64,000 bases of DNA from Adineta vaga (Eukaryota; Animalia; Rotifera). The position numbers and the translations under genes were made by a program. Within the stretch, counting starts at the first letter, position 1; every line of letters begins with the position of its first letter. The stretch is taken from NCBI GenBank assembly GCA_021613535.1, contig CP075497.1:11470001-11534000 (forward strand), written 5' to 3'. Positions 1-14,109 of this stretch are shown here, in pieces. The notes under the pieces were generated by a model. The model searched no databases. It saw only the letters and a program-made list of their open reading frames with translations, and had not been told where the DNA came from.

Positions 1-991
<991 letters not shown>

Positions 992-1342
992 CTAGAAAAT
1001 ATCAAATATGATGCATATTTATATTTTCATGTTTGTTTTTTTTTATAGTATATTTTATTTCATACGAATAGAGACAGCAGAAAACGAATGAACAACCAAC
1101 ACGACACAAACAACATGATAAAGAAGAGAAAAACAAATTAGTTTGTTGTTGTTTTTTTTCGAATACAATCTCAAATATACGCATACACACACACACACAC
1201 ATGTACAAATGTGACAGTACCAAACAGAAAATGTCTTACAAGCACTAAAGGGAAATAATCATAGAGTATATGAACTATGTTCAATACATAAACAAAGAAA
1301 TAGAAGAAAACAAACACAGTCTTATTGGATTTTTCAAAAGAT

Positions 1343-3979
1343 TCATTTGCGTAAAAGCAAACATGATTTAAGAATTGTATCGATTAAATCTGGTTGTTTC
1401 GCTTTCAATTCAGTCCAACCCTAGAGAAAAACAAATCAAATATGTTTCTAATCTTCTATTAAATTCAAACTTACCGCTGTTTCCATAACGTTGCCTAAAT
1501 TATTCGCAATATAATCACATGTTGTTTGTTTTAACATTTCCGATTTCATATTATCACTCAACATAAGTAATTCACTAAAACATACGATCAAATATATTCA
1601 TCGAAAGATTATAGAGAAAATTCTTGCTTACCATGCATTATCAACACGAATAATATCTTTAAGATAATATTCAGCATAGGTTTTCAAATCCGGCATATCA
1701 TAATTAGCTGCAATTGTTAATAAATCAATAACAAGTGTATGAGAAATAGCAGCACCTGGTAAAGCTAATTTTTTAATTCCACCTGTGTAAACATATTCAA
1801 GAAAATATAGAATTGTTTTACGATCAATATCATTAATATCAATTGTTAAAAATGATGCATCATCAGTACCACCAACTTGTGTATCGGTTTCCATACTTTC
1901 ACTTGTTGTATTGGCAGCTGAAGCGGTTGCTCGTTTACCATGACGACTAAAATGAAAAAAAATCTATTTTGCTTTGTTTTCTCTTCTTGTAGATAGTTTT
2001 AGTTACGTTGGTTTAGCAGGTGGACTAACAGCTGCTGGATGAGCTGATGTTTCTTTTTCTTTAATCATTCGTGCAAGTACACTGGAACGAAGACCAAGTA
2101 TAAGTTTATGCACACTATATAATTCATTGCCACATCGTAGATACATATCACACATACGTTTTTCCAAGTAAGCTGTGTAGAATAATGTTGGCCAATATGT
2201 TGCTGGATCATCACTAATTGATGTTGATGTTGTTGAATTGGTTTTATTTGTATTTGTGCGCGGTAATGCAACCAATGGACGAGAAATGTATTTACGTTCA
2301 TCAAGGGATTGTCGTTCAAGAATTTTTATTTGACAATATAATCGAAGTTCATTTCCTGGAAAAAGTTGTTGTTGAGCTTGTAATAATGTTGAATGTTTAA
2401 TAAAATCACCAACACCCCAACGTTCACCTGGTGCTAGAACATGCGATGGTAATTGTTTTGTATTAACACGACGTCCACGTGCATCAATTAAGGAAAAACG
2501 AATAACAACACGAACACTTGGACCAAATGTATGTTCGAGAAAAACAGATAAAGATTCTTTAAATCGTTCAGTTTTACCACTTGGATAAAGAATAAGTGAC
2601 CATTGATGGGGTGGAATATCATTTTGTGTTGTTGTCGTTGTTGTTGTTGATGATGCTGCTTTATTTTCATTTGTATTTGCTCCATTAGTTAATTGTTCAT
2701 CATTATCATCACCAGTTTGATCTGGTGTTGATGTTTGTAAATTTGCTACATTACCTGGTCGTTGTTTATTGAATGTAAATTCACACGACTCAATAAAACT
2801 ATTATTCGGTGATTCATTAACTAATGTTGCAAATTTTTCAATTTTCCAACGTAATTTCATTTTCATGACCTTAGACACGACACGAGATGAACCTTCAAGT
2901 ACTTTCGACGTACTTGTTTTCATACTACGTTTCGCAATATCATCGATTGACATTAATTCGATACTAATGATTAAATGATCTTTCGAATCTTTATATAATT
3001 GTTCACATAAAGCTCGTGTCATTTTCATAATAACTAATTCATCAGTTATATTTCCACCACAATCATGAACAGTTTCAGTATGAAATATACGACCCTAGAA
3101 AATAAAACTATGGAAATTACTTTTTTCGAAATTAACTTATTTACTTGAGGATTTGAAAAATTAATCAATGCTCGAAAATACACTTGTAATTGACGTGATG
3201 ATGTATTCATCAATGATGATGCAATATGATTCGGATTATTTGAGCCACCATTGGCTGTTGTTGATGCATTGGATGGATGTTGAGATGCAACATGTGATGG
3301 ACATAAAGTTAAATAGAATTGTATTGATGAATCATCATCTGTTGTTGAAGCTCCACTAGTTGATGTTTGATTTTGTTGTTCTTTTGATAAACGTTGATGA
3401 CCTTTGGGATAAAGACGAAGTGTCCAAAATTCCTTTTGTAAATCATATGGAGGAAATTCTTCGCTTTGAATCATATCACCACATTCATACCTTTCAAAAA
3501 AGAAACATAAGAAAATCAATGAAATAAATACAATATGAATATCTTACATTTGTGGATAGAAATCTTCAACAGTCCATTCAAATCGAACATGTGAAACATT
3601 TTCAATTGTTGTACATAACATATCAGCTTCGTTCGTCGGAATAGCTTTGGCAGCAATACCTGTTGACGTATTTGATGACGATAATTTTGCATCTTGTTCA
3701 TCCTCATCCATACCTGTACCTTCTTCATTCATACCTTCAGCATTTCCTTGACCAGAAATATTCTCATGTCCACCAGCTTTACCAATGACTTGGTCAGAGA
3801 GACCTGTTGCTGCTTCGCAAACATCAGAAATTTGTCTTTGAGAACAAATACTATCCACACTAAAACAAAATCATCTATAGAATCTTTCATTATACTTCTC
3901 TTCTGTCTCACTTTTCGGATACAGCGGACATTTCTTCTGATTGTGCACCACCTGATCGTCGTAAATTTTTTCGTGACAT
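1343..3979 (-). CDS. SPOP-like protein with two MATH domains, a BTB domain and a BACK-like C-terminus
   Basis: MATH-like segments HVRFEWTVEDF...WTLRLYPKG and KLRWKIEKF...WSLILYPSG...SLSVFL...WGVGDFI. BTB: CDMYLRCGNELYSVHKLILGLRSSVLARM...FLEYVYTG...LLTIAANYDMPDLKTYAE. Last exon GWTELKAKQPDLI. ATG 3979, TGA 1345-1343. Confidence 0.85.
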
Positions 3980-4152
3980 TAAACTTCGATACAAAAAGAT
4001 TCAGTCAATTTTTAATCTAGAACAAACAAAGAACTGATATTTTTATTTTATAACCATAAACGAAAAAAAGATTCGAAGTATCGAATGAGATTCACATAAT
4101 GATTAGAGTATTCGCTTGGATAAATATTCATATTAAGACTCTCTAAACTCAT

Positions 4153-4757
4153 TTATAAATCGACTGGAAGAGCAAGTCGTCCCCAGATAATCATATAAAT
4201 GCATGTATAGACCATGTTAAACAAAGAACCCCATGCGATGTCTTGTAAAAGAATCGATAATGGATATCGTTCAGAAAATAATACACGTGTTGTTAAATTA
4301 TAAACACCGTAGACAACAAGTCTAGAATAGATAAGATAAAAGTTCATTATTATTCATTTCAAACAACTCCAATGAAATCACATTACCCATATAAAACACC
4401 AGCAACAAGTCCACTCAATGCACTCGCAGATAATGGAGTCCATGTTGGTCGATGTTGTTTAAGTTTATCGAAATAAGAAAATGCTAATGAAACAGCAATG
4501 AAATACCAGCCAATAGCTAAGACTAAAATTGAATAAAAAGAATTTTTTCTTGTCTTTATTTTTTAATATTGATATAACTAACCGACATATGTGATGACAC
4601 CAGCTACAATATCAAATTGTACCTTTTCTCCTTTTTGAATATTAACAACCACAGCTTCATAACGATCTTTTGCCAGAAAGATGTATACTAGATCGATAGC
4701 TATGTAGACAATAACTGCAATAATAGGCAGAATGATATTTGTAATTCGACGATTCAT
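4153..4757 (-). CDS. DUF2177-family small multipass membrane protein (159 aa, 3 exons)
   Basis: Exons 4757-4583, 4522-4387 and 4321-4153 join into an open 480-nt CDS. Motifs IAIDLVYI..Y..VVVNIQ and GLVVYGVYNLTT...YP...LQDIAWG are typical of the mainly prokaryotic/giant-virus DUF2177 family. Confidence 0.75.
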
Positions 4758-4937
4758 TGTTAGAGAAGACAAACGTCGAATCAATGTCAAAAAGAAAAAC
4801 AACAAACTATAAACAGAGGCTTTTGTTTGTGTCGAATGTTCTTTGTTCGAGAAATGACCAATCATTAAGAAAATGCTTGGCCTCCATTTTACATTTCAAT
4901 AGATGTCGCTCTCGTCAACTCGCGTGTAGAAAATCTA

Positions 4938-4945
4938 TTTCGCGG
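4938..4945. promoter_or_regulatory. E2F-like site (TTTCGCGG) in the divergent promoter between the DUF2177 gene and the OSR1/SPAK kinase
   Basis: Matches TTTSGCGS. A second CGCG core lies at 4921-4924. CGCG is uncommon in this AT-rich sequence. Confidence 0.4.
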
Positions 4946-4995
4946 GTGATTGTCATGTTTTTTTTTTCTTGAATAAATTTATTTGATTGAAAAAA

Positions 4996-7080
4996 ATGAA
5001 TGAAAATTCTGAACGACATTCATCAACTACAAATGTAAAACAATTAAAAGATGAATTAAATATTGAACGAAATGAATGGCCATCGAAACGAGAACAATAT
5101 ATCATTTGCGGAAAATTAGGTGAAGGAGCAACGGGTAATGTGAGTAGAATTGAAAGATAATTTGAATAGAAGAAATGGTTTCTATTTCAAGGTATTGTTC
5201 ATTGGGCAACATGTACTGGTTGTACAATAAGAAAGCGAGTAGCAATTAAACGAATTTCAATTAAGGAATCGATGTATATTGATATTGCTCGTGAAATTCA
5301 TGTGATGGCATCATGTTCACATGAAAATATTGTTCGATTTTGGACAAGTTTTGTGTATAAAACGGAATTATGGATTGTGATGGATTTATTAGATGGTGGA
5401 AGTATGAGACAGATTATTGAAAAACGAATTCGCGATAAAAACGATTGGTATCTCGGAATATTAGATGAACGTGAAATTGCAACTGTAATGCGTGAAACTT
5501 TGAAAGGTCTTGAGTATTTACGTAAATAATAATTTGAATATGGTTGAAATCTTTTCAAATAAGATCTTTATTTCATTAGATTCACAACAATATATTCATC
5601 GAGATATAAAAGCTGGAAATATCATGTGTAAAATTGATGGAAGTATTCAATTAGTTGATTTTGGTGTCAGTGCTTTTCTCATTGATTCATCAACACGTGA
5701 AAAAGCAATTGCACATACATTTGTTGGTACACCCTATTGGTAGATATAGATTCAAATCATTTATTTTAATAATAATAATCATTCAATTTAGGATTGCACC
5801 TGAAATGTTTTCATCGGTTGGTTATGATAATAAAGTTGATATTTGGGCATTAGGTATTGTTGGAATTGAATGTGCAACTGGACATCCACCTTATTATAAA
5901 AAATCAGCTCAAGATGTCTTTCGTATTGTATGTACAGATACGAAAGGACCAACACTTGAATCGAATGCTGAACGTGAAGGACAATATATAAAATATGGTA
6001 ATGAATTTCGTCAATTTCTTTTAATGATGTTAGAACCATCGGCAACAAAACGTTTCAACGCATCGAATTTATTACAAGCAGATTTTTTAATTAAATTTGG
6101 TCAAGAAAAAAAATTCGTTATTGATCATATGATATTAAAAATTTCATTTGATTGTATTGAACAACAAATTGATATCGATTTACAATCAGACGATTTAAAA
6201 GATCGAATACAAACAACAATTCGAGAACATGGATTACAAACAGAAAATACAATTTTAGATAATATTAGAAATTTCTTTCGGTAAAATTCATTTTCTTCTT
6301 CTTCTTTACTTTGGAATCATCGGTTCTCTTTTCAGACCCATATCACAAAAATTAACCCAGGTAAAGAATGTTGGTTAAGTTTTTCTTACTTTTAAACTTA
6401 ATTATATCGTTCTACAGAGTTTTTTTTTCTTTTTTTCTGCATCTATTGAGAAAATCTTCATCAGAATTAATCGTATTGCTAATCGATTTTCATGCTTATT
6501 CGAACAAAATTTACATTATTTCTCTTATAGTTAGTTGCGAACATATCTAATCTATTGTTTTGTATTTCAAAGGATATCGATCGAAAATTAGATGCAAATC
6601 TTGATTCCAAAACAGTTCTAAATCAAGAACCATCTATATCAATTAAATTGAAAATAAAAGAACCGGGTCGTTCGGCATTTTCATTAATTACATTTAAATA
6701 TCAACCAAATATTGATCATCCGATCAATGTTGCTCAAGAATTAGTAGCTGAAAATCATGTTTATGGACATGATTATATATTAGTTGCAGCAAATATCGAT
6801 AAAGTTCTTTCTCATAAGAATAAAATTCGATTTACATTACATAAAATCGATGGCAAAGGTTTACTATCAAAGATTTCTTTGTATCTTTTGTTTTTGTTCT
6901 ATTTTGATTTCAATAGAAAAAGAACCACCATCATATGCTGAAGTTTCACTTGAAGACACACCTTTAACTGAAACAACAACAACTAATGGTCTCCATTCCG
7001 TTGGTTCACTTCTCCACGAACCAAGTACCCATCAAATAATCAATCCAGATTCGAATAATATGCCCACAACTTTCTCTTAA
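4996..7080 (+). CDS. OXSR1: STE20-family kinase, OSR1/SPAK (fray)-like
   Basis: [59 protein letters not shown]-terminal CCT-like domain [20 protein letters not shown]...VAANIDKVL. Confidence 0.85.
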
Positions 7081-10000
7081 ATGATTATTACATATCATTA
7101 TTGATGACCTTGTCTTAGACAAGCATCCAGCCGTTCTATCATTTCATCATTAACATACAGACGTTGGACATATGCAAGCTTGGTGTTTATTGAGATATAC
7201 ATATACATTAACAAAATAAGTCTTATGCATAAGAAAATTTGCAAGTGTCAATAGTTAAAACTCTTCATTTTTCTCCTTCCATCAAACAGATCCGCTGATG
7301 TTGATATATGATCATTCTTCAAATGGATTTCTTTCTCCCCCTCTCTCTCTCTCTGTCTATCTATACGATTATTTACTTCGATATATGTCACTAGAAAGAT
7401 TTTTCAATGACGAAATACATCAAAAGTTTCTCGACAATGTTGTCGATGTTTTTAGCAGATGATTTGATTAGATTCTTTCATCAGAAAAGAAAACGAATGG
7501 AAAACAGTGCAACAACACTCGAGATACATTTTTCTAGTTATTATTGTCATTGCTATTTTATTTCACATGTAACGATGATAATTCATGCTAGGAAGAATAA
7601 CTTTCGAAGAACGAAAGAACAACATACTTGACAATTCACAACAAATCAATTAGTTGCTCTTCTCTGAAGCAGATTTACAGAAATAAACTTCAACCAGATG
7701 ATGAATTCACAATTTGTTTTTTCATTTATCATCTCAATAAAGGTGATAATCAAAAATCTATTCAATGGAACTAATATAATAATTAAATTTTCACATCATT
7801 TAGATTTCTCTCCAAAAAAAGGAAGAAGAAGAAGAAAACTGATGAATACATCTGCGTTCGTCACTGCAAAGAAAACCAGAACGAGAAAAACTAGTGATTT
7901 CTTCTGATGAGCTCTTTTATAATGATGAACGACGTTTGAATGAGTACATAAGATTGAATTTCGCTTCTTCTTCTTCTTCTTATTTTTCCATCGTTCAATT
8001 TAGCATCTCATTGTTATTCTAATTGTTCAGCAAGTCTCTTTCTTGTTTTTTTACGAAATAGTCGTCACTGACAGAGTTTGAAATAAATCATGCAGGCTAA
8101 CATCAGCATGTGTGCTTTAGCAAACGTTCGATTAATTTCCCTCTTTCGAGGTTCGGAATTTAGCTTGATTGTGCTTTTTTGTTTTTCAAAACAAAAGAAC
8201 CTTTTCACAATATTTCTTTCGCATTATTGATGAGACGGCCGCATCGAATCGGTTTGGTTCAATCGATGATAATTCGTTAACGTATTGACTATGAAAGTGA
8301 ATTAGTCCTCCTAGTATGTATTTATATCTACAAATGGACAAAGTAATTCGTCAAATATTGCAATTGTCGACGACTAATTTGAATTCCCACAATATGTGTT
8401 TTTCTCTATTACTTCGTCCTCTTCTTATTTCTCGCGATGCACGTATTAATTATTGTCAGTCGTGCGCAAAAACAGATAATGAAGGAGAATGAGACAAGAA
8501 GAAATGGTATATCATAGTAAAAAAGAGATATTGACCTATTTCTCTCAATAAGATGGACTAATTCTAGTCAAATACAATTCTTCTATCATTATTATCTGAA
8601 CATGACGTATTCCAAAACAAAATACACCTGTCACCTTTCAAAATATCAGATGATATTCTGAAATTTGTGGAAAAATTAAAATTTATATGTTATGACGTCT
8701 TCGCTGTGGGAATGCTGAAATCCGGTTACAAACATAATAGTAGAGTGCATTCGTATTCTAATTTTGATAACATTCACAAGATTTATTAATGCCATATGAA
8801 GTCTACTATATTATCATGAGATTTTCGACCTCAACGTATATTTTTACAATCGATTTTTTTCACTTTTGTTTACTTCTTTATTATGAATATTTAAAACAAT
8901 GGCATCAATGTATATGAATAGGCATTTTCAAGTATGTAAGCTTGTCTTAATAAAGAACAATGAAATGATTAAATCAAATCCAAAAGTTTGTTTTTTTCTG
9001 ATTATCATATAGTTGACTATTGGTTGATAACGATCGCCTGATAGCATAGAGAACTATTGCATGTAACACAAAAGAGAAAAAACATGTATGCCATTAAATG
9101 AATAACGGACATGAAGAGATTAAATCTCACTCTTCTTCTTTACACGAATGATTTTCAAGTAGATGAAATACTTCATAGTTTTCTATTTATTAGATCTAGT
9201 TATTTTTCTTTAACGAGGTAAAAGGTCATTGAATTGAAACGAATCGATTTCTTTTTTCGTTTTATTTTTGTTATGAAATAATTACCTACAAAAATCAATG
9301 ACGGAATTGATTTTATTAGAAGTGTAGTCGAGAACAATCAATTGCTATTTTTGTTCTGTGAAGAGTTCGTTGTATTGTTGAGATACTTGAAAAGTTTGAT
9401 TATTATTTTTGATATATATATATAAATAAGAACGAGTTTGTCAATGACGGCAACTTTTGATACAAAAGCACAAGTTGCATTCCCATTCTCATCATCATTA
9501 TCATCAGTCGTGTGACAACTGGTCCACACGGCTACGCTAGCAAAGACATATTCAAAAGGATTCGTCGTTGTATTGTCTTCGTCCGAGCAATTACCCTCTT
9601 GAAAAATGTATTGTATTCTGATGTGCCCGTCTGTCTTCTCTCGATATTTCTAGAAAGAAACAAAAACTAATGAAACTATCTCTACTATTATCATCACATC
9701 TTTCAATCTTCTTTGTGAACGTATAGTTTTTTATTCTTATTGCTTTTCGAAACAATCTGTTAAATTCTTGAAAATAGTTTTCTTAGCCTTTCTTTCTCTT
9801 TAGATTTCCGATTTTATATGTCCGTAACTGCCAAAATGATGATGATGATAACAACATAGAAGCGATTGAGTTTCGCATCTTTGGATTCTCTCCCTCCCTT
9901 TTTCTGTATATTCTTTTGATGACGATATTCATTCGTTGAAGGGGAGAGAGAGAGAGGGAGGGAGAGAAGAAGAAAGAACGAAAGAGAAAAACAGGTCTTT

Positions 10001-10637
10001 TTGATAGACAAAATCGTAGAAAGAGAGAGGGAGAGAATGACAAGCGAAACTATCTTTTTCTCTCTCTTGATTCAAACTAACCAGAGTAAATCTTCAATTG
10101 CCATTATTCTTCTCATGTTTTTTTTTCTATTTTCGACATTCAAATCGGCTGAGATAAAGTAAGCTTATAATTGAACTTGTCAGTTTACTTAGCTTCATTG
10201 TCGAATGGGTCGTTCTATTTTCTTTCCACATTTATGCTTTAGATTTTCATTTAGTGGATTATAATAGACATCTATCTCGAATCTAATTTCATTACAGATC
10301 TGTTTTTGCTAACATATCAATATAATGTCAAATATTCTTTTCTGTAGTTCTTCTTCTTCTTCGATTTATTTTTCATTATACAATGCTGAAAACTATCGAA
10401 TCCAAACATCCCGATATATTTTCTGGAGAATAGTCATATATATAGAGTTAGATATCTATGTAACAACTTCGTCGTTTCTTTTGTTGCCTTCTGCTTAATC
10501 GAGTAGAATTGATTGACGTCGAGAAGATATATTCACAAGAATGCTTAGGAATTCATGCAGTCGTTTTGAAGAATGATATTCGTCAAATAATTGAATACAA
10601 TTCTAGATTTCTTAAACCGGTATGCAGAAAACAAACA

Positions 10638-12334
10638 ATGTATTATCATTCATCTTCATCTAATCTAACATCATTAACTGGAAACAGTCCATTGATCTAT
10701 TTTGATCCGACATTTTCAACACCTATCTCATTATTTGATGATAATGTTACATTAAATACGACTTATTCATCTTCATTTTTAATAACAGATTCTACGACAA
10801 TAAAAAATATTTCTTGTACTCAAATGAAATATGAATATGTTACACAAATCACCTTATTCAATGTTGTTCGTTACATATCACAAAATTTAAATCGCTTTTT
10901 TATTTTACCAGCTATTATTTTAAATCTATGTGCTTTCTATATTCTCCGACGTACACGAATGAATCGTTCATCATCAATTGCCTTCTACATGCAAACATTA
11001 GCATTATGTGATGTGGCATTTTTTGCATTACGTGTTATCTTCGGTGAATTAGCAAGTTCAACAACAGGTAAACAAATTCTATCAACAGGTTTATGCAAAT
11101 TTCTTTTCCTTATGGTCAATGCTGTTAATTATACAACTGGTAAGTTATCTTTTTTCGAATAAAACAAAAACAAATAAAGCTTTTCTTCTTAGTATGGCTT
11201 ATTGCAGCAATGAATGCCGATAAATTTCTTGCTGTATGTTTACCATTACGTGTATCTGATTTATTATCACGGAAGAAAGCATATGCAGTTGTAATAGCTG
11301 TTATTATTTGTTCGATGCTTGTTGCATCTGTACATGCAAGTCGAACTGTATTGAAAAATAATGGCTATTGTTGGTTAGAAACACCACAAGATGAAAAACT
11401 TGTTTTTATTCTTGATGCATTTTTTTGGTGCTTTATTCCATTTTGTGTTATATCGATATTAAATGCAGCTATTTTCGTTGCCTTATTTCGAGCACGTCGT
11501 GAAGCATCACATCTACATGAGTCAACAACAACAGCATTAATGCGAACATCAATCAATGGTCGAGCATCAACAACTAATCATCTTAAAGCACCAACAAATT
11601 CCTTAGGAAAAAATCAATTTCGTACGTCAACAGTCAATTCCACTACAACAAATCGTGCACGTATGCAATCACAAAATCTTCAAATAACGATTATGCTTAT
11701 TACAATTTCCATCTCATTTTTTGTTTTAACATTACCAAATGCGATCTATTATTTGCTCATACTTCTTCGTGTTCTTATCGAAAGTTGGAAAGCAGTCGAA
11801 TGTAATGATGATCTTCGTCGAAATCTTGATGTCTATGTTCGTACATCAGCTGTGATGTATTTAATCTCGAATATAACATCAGATTTAATGCATGTGGTAA
11901 ATTTCTTTCTCTATTTTATAAGTGGAGCACGATTTCGTACGGAATTTCGTCGTTTAATATTTTATCAATTTTCACGTTGGTGTTGTAAAGGAAAAGATGG
12001 AGTTGGTGGCAAAGATTCGATGGGAAATGAACGTTCATTTCTTCGATCGAGTGGTGTAGCAACTGTACGCTCACTGGCATCATTGCCGGGAGGTGCCGGA
12101 AGTAAACAGATACGTACGTCAAATCTTAACTATCCAACCACAATACGAGATAAGCAGATATCAAAAATACCAAGAACACGTATGTCAACGAATTCGATTG
12201 TTGCGCTTGATGGAAATAGTTCGAATTCGCTCGAAGGCAAAACGAAACGAACTCACTGTTCTCCAACAACAACATTGATTAATCCAGAAAATGATGACAA
12301 AATAGAGAGCAATACTATTCTTTCTCAAGAATAA
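10638..12334 (+). CDS. Rhodopsin-class peptide GPCR (FMRFamide-receptor-like group), 2 exons
   Basis: Seven hydrophobic segments. YMQTLALCD (TM2), MNADKFLAVCLPL (DRY variant), FFVLTLP (TM6), NFFLY.ISG.RFR (TM7/H8). Intron 11140-11191. Confidence 0.88.
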
Positions 12335-13273
12335 GATTGAAATCATTTCGGTTTATTTTGTTTCTTTGTGCTTTTTCTTTCATTCATGTATACAATATCT
12401 TATGTATTCTTCTTCTTCTTCTTGTTCTATTTCAACAAAGATTCAAACGGATATTATCTATGTTAAGGAATTTGATCAATCGTTCTATTATTTATAGCAA
12501 CAACAAAAAATGATAATAAATCGAAGAATATCAGATCAAATATCAGTGATAAAGATTTCATTTCATATTGTCTTTTTATGCGTAACTCAGTACTTTCAAA
12601 TCTAGATTACTTATATACATATCCTCCATGTAAGAAGACAAAATTGGTTGATAGATTTGTTATGACTTATTAACTGTCACCGAAGAATGTCTTATCAATT
12701 TTCCTATCAGCTGCATCATCAAAGTTCTCCTTGAAGAGAACTGTTATTTATTTACGTATATGAAATTCTATCAATAAATATACAAATATGTACTGAAATT
12801 ATCGTTTATTTATTTCTATAAAAGGTTCAAAACAAAAGAAATCGTTAGTTGAGTAAGAATGTCATATCTTTCGTAGAGATTTTGTTATTTTTTTCTGTCA
12901 TATGGCTTGATAGATTAAAGGTAAACTTTTTCCTTTTGACATGTTTGAATTTCCTGCTTATTCAAATATTATTTTGCCCTTGAGATTGAACTAACACGTC
13001 ATATGATGATGTGAATATTCTTCGACTTTTTTGATTAAAAAAACGAAGTAATTTTCAATACAGAACTCTTATTCTGCACGTTAAATAAGTACGATACTTG
13101 AAAAGTGCACGAGAACTGTTATTTTCTTATACTGAAGTCTGACGATATATATTATTAATGATGATGGATAAATCAATGCATATGTGTATGTGTACTTATT
13201 GCCAACATCACACATTTTTTAAAGCAAACATTTGTGTCGCATTCTTTGACATACGCACATTATTCATTTAAGC

Positions 13274-13699
13274 ATGCCAAGAAAAGTTGGAAATGTTCTT
13301 CTTAATGTCGATGGTCATTATTTTCAAATCGATCGGCATTTACTTGCTTCACAAAGTGTTTATTTCCGAATACTCTTTCGTAGTCCAACAAAACGAGATC
13401 AACATGGAGCAATTATTATTCCCGGTAATCCGGAACGATTTGGTTTAATTCTGGATTATTTAACTGGTGAACGACATTTATCAATGGATCAATTAGAGAT
13501 GATTATTCCGGATGGTGCAACACTTTATCTAATACCATCATTGATCTATTTATCGCAATATAAAGCTGAATACGAAGCAAAAGATCGGAAACGAATTGAA
13601 GAAGTTAAACGCGCAATGTCAAAAATGACGAAATTAAAAAAAGAAATTATGAATTTAGAAACATGTATTGATAATCTACGAATAAAAAGGAATTATTAA
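13274..13699 (+). CDS. Small KCTD-type BTB/POZ protein with C-terminal coiled coil
   Basis: VLLNVDGHYF....LL..S.YF..LF...NPERFGLILDYL..G is a T1-type BTB signature. Intronless, 141 aa. Confidence 0.75.
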   Translation: MPRKVGNVLLNVDGHYFQIDRHLLASQSVYFRILFRSPTKRDQHGAIIIPGNPERFGLILDYLTGERHLSMDQLEMIIPDGATLYLIPSLIYLSQYKAEYEAKDRKRIEEVKRAMSKMTKLKKEIMNLETCIDNLRIKRNY

Positions 13700-13975
13700 T
13701 TGATATAAAACAAATTCTCTTATAAATTTCAATTGATCAAACACTTTTTACTTGTCATTTTCTTTCTTTTTTTTCCTCTCAACATATCAATAAACTGTAA
13801 ATATTTGAAAACATAATAAGCGACATCTATTCAAAAATAAAAACAAATCGATCTATTAATATTTTCGTCTCTATCAGACAATTAAATCTTTTCTCATCAT
13901 CTAATCTATAAAATAGTCTTCCTACTCAAATCATGGTTGTTGATAAGTAATTATAGATATTAAACATTTAAAATG

Positions 13976-13996
13976 GTTGTCAAGCGGTTGCCGTAG
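13976..13996 (+). promoter_or_regulatory. Tandem RFX X-box half sites upstream of ARMC3
   Basis: GTTGTCAAG and GTTGCCGTAG about 120 nt upstream of the ATG of a ciliary gene. Imperfect second halves. Confidence 0.4.
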
Positions 13997-14109
13997 TTCT
14001 CTCCTGTGTGTGTGGTGTGCCTTTCCTACAAACAATCACTCGTTTGTCTGAGTGAAATATTACTTTTCATTTCTATTTGTTTATCTATTCAAAGAAAAAG
14101 ATCTTCACA

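Noticed and set aside
9507-9532. GC-rich hairpin GTCGTGTG...CACACGGC upstream of the GPCR, considered as an IRE or pre-miRNA
   Set aside because: The loop does not match CAGUGN with a C bulge, the stem is too short for a pre-miRNA, and there is no other support.
7100-10500. Short ORFs in the long region upstream of the GPCR
   Set aside because: Low-complexity, AT-driven translations without splice or motif support. Probably regulatory or UTR sequence.
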